In this document: piece by piece, positions 50,482 to 50,611 of the stretch
How positions within the stretch are numbered: position 1 is the stretch's first letter
How the letters are laid out: every line of letters starts with the position of its first letter
Assembly: GCA_027343585.1 (NCBI GenBank)
Contig: DAHWKP010000159.1
Span: 1-50,611 of the forward strand
From: Acidobacteriaceae bacterium
GTDB taxonomy: Bacteria > Acidobacteriota > Terriglobia > Terriglobales > Acidobacteriaceae
Direction of reading: 5' to 3'
DNA length: 50,611 bases
Notes under the pieces: generated by a model
Database searches by the model: none
The model's input: the letters and a program-made list of their open reading frames with translations, nothing else
Told to the model about the DNA's origin: nothing
Translations under genes and position numbers: made by a program

Positions 50482-50611
50482 TTACTTGACGATCTCGGCG
50501 ATGGTTCCGGCGCCGACCGTGCGTCCGCCTTCGCGGATGGCAAAGCGCAAGCCCTTCTCCATGGCCACCGGCGTAATCAGCTCAATCTCCAAGCTGACGT
50601 TGTCGCCCGGC
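50482..50611 (-). CDS. tuf: elongation factor Tu, C-terminal end only (5' part beyond window)
   Basis: Manual reverse-strand translation gives [42 protein letters not shown], a canonical EF-Tu C-terminus. It lies immediately upstream of rpsJ. Confidence 0.9.
   Translation of the reverse strand, partial: PGDNVSLEIELITPVAMEKGLRFAIREGGRTVGAGTIAEIVK

Overview
GC-rich (roughly 60%) bacterial chromosomal segment, almost entirely housekeeping. I found no rRNA, tRNA, CRISPR array, transposase or integrase. Gene content and protein style suggest a soil Acidobacteriota-like organism, but I cannot verify that. Many long ORFs in the supplied track are GC-driven shadow ORFs lying antisense or out of frame to real genes. 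The right-hand ~18 kb (32.8-50.6 kb, minus strand) is a complete, canonically ordered ribosomal supercluster: tuf (3' end), rpsJ-rplC-rplD-rplW-rplB-rpsS-rplV-rpsC-rplP-rpmC-rpsQ, rplN-rplX-rplE-rpsN(type Z)-rpsH-rplF-rplR-rpsE-rpmD-rplO-secY-adk-map-infA-rpmJ, rpsM-rpsK-rpsD-rpoA-rplQ. The left 32 kb holds an edge-truncated CPBP protease, two DHH/DHHA1 phosphoesterases, engB, a yvcK-like gene, ispG, an MFS-GT2 pair and queF. It also holds a membrane-fusion adaptor / TPR / TolC-like trio, cutA, a phosphohexomutase, an FtsB-like protein, an OprB-like porin, a His-rich membrane protein next to a YceI-like protein, thiG, ruvC and a GNAT. The remaining genes are a cation/proton antiporter, a GT39 glycosyltransferase, rbfA-nrnA, guaB, vanZ, a PEP-mutase/isocitrate-lyase family enzyme and metY-metX. 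The strongest finding is upstream of metY-metX. It is a 29-codon ORF with five Met codons at alternating positions (MKQTIQLMSMSMRMPMCIRGRLPLGLQLA), followed by mutually exclusive hairpins and an intrinsic terminator, which resembles a ribosome-mediated attenuator keyed to methionine. I could not find a SAM-riboswitch core in that leader. Lesser observations: an efflux adaptor-TPR-outer membrane factor operon with no inner-membrane pump; a 634-nt non-coding gap between rbfA and guaB with three strong hairpins and a recurring GGATGGGG box; a four-helix His-rich membrane protein paired with YceI; and Ala/Lys-rich C-terminal tails on L29 and L22.
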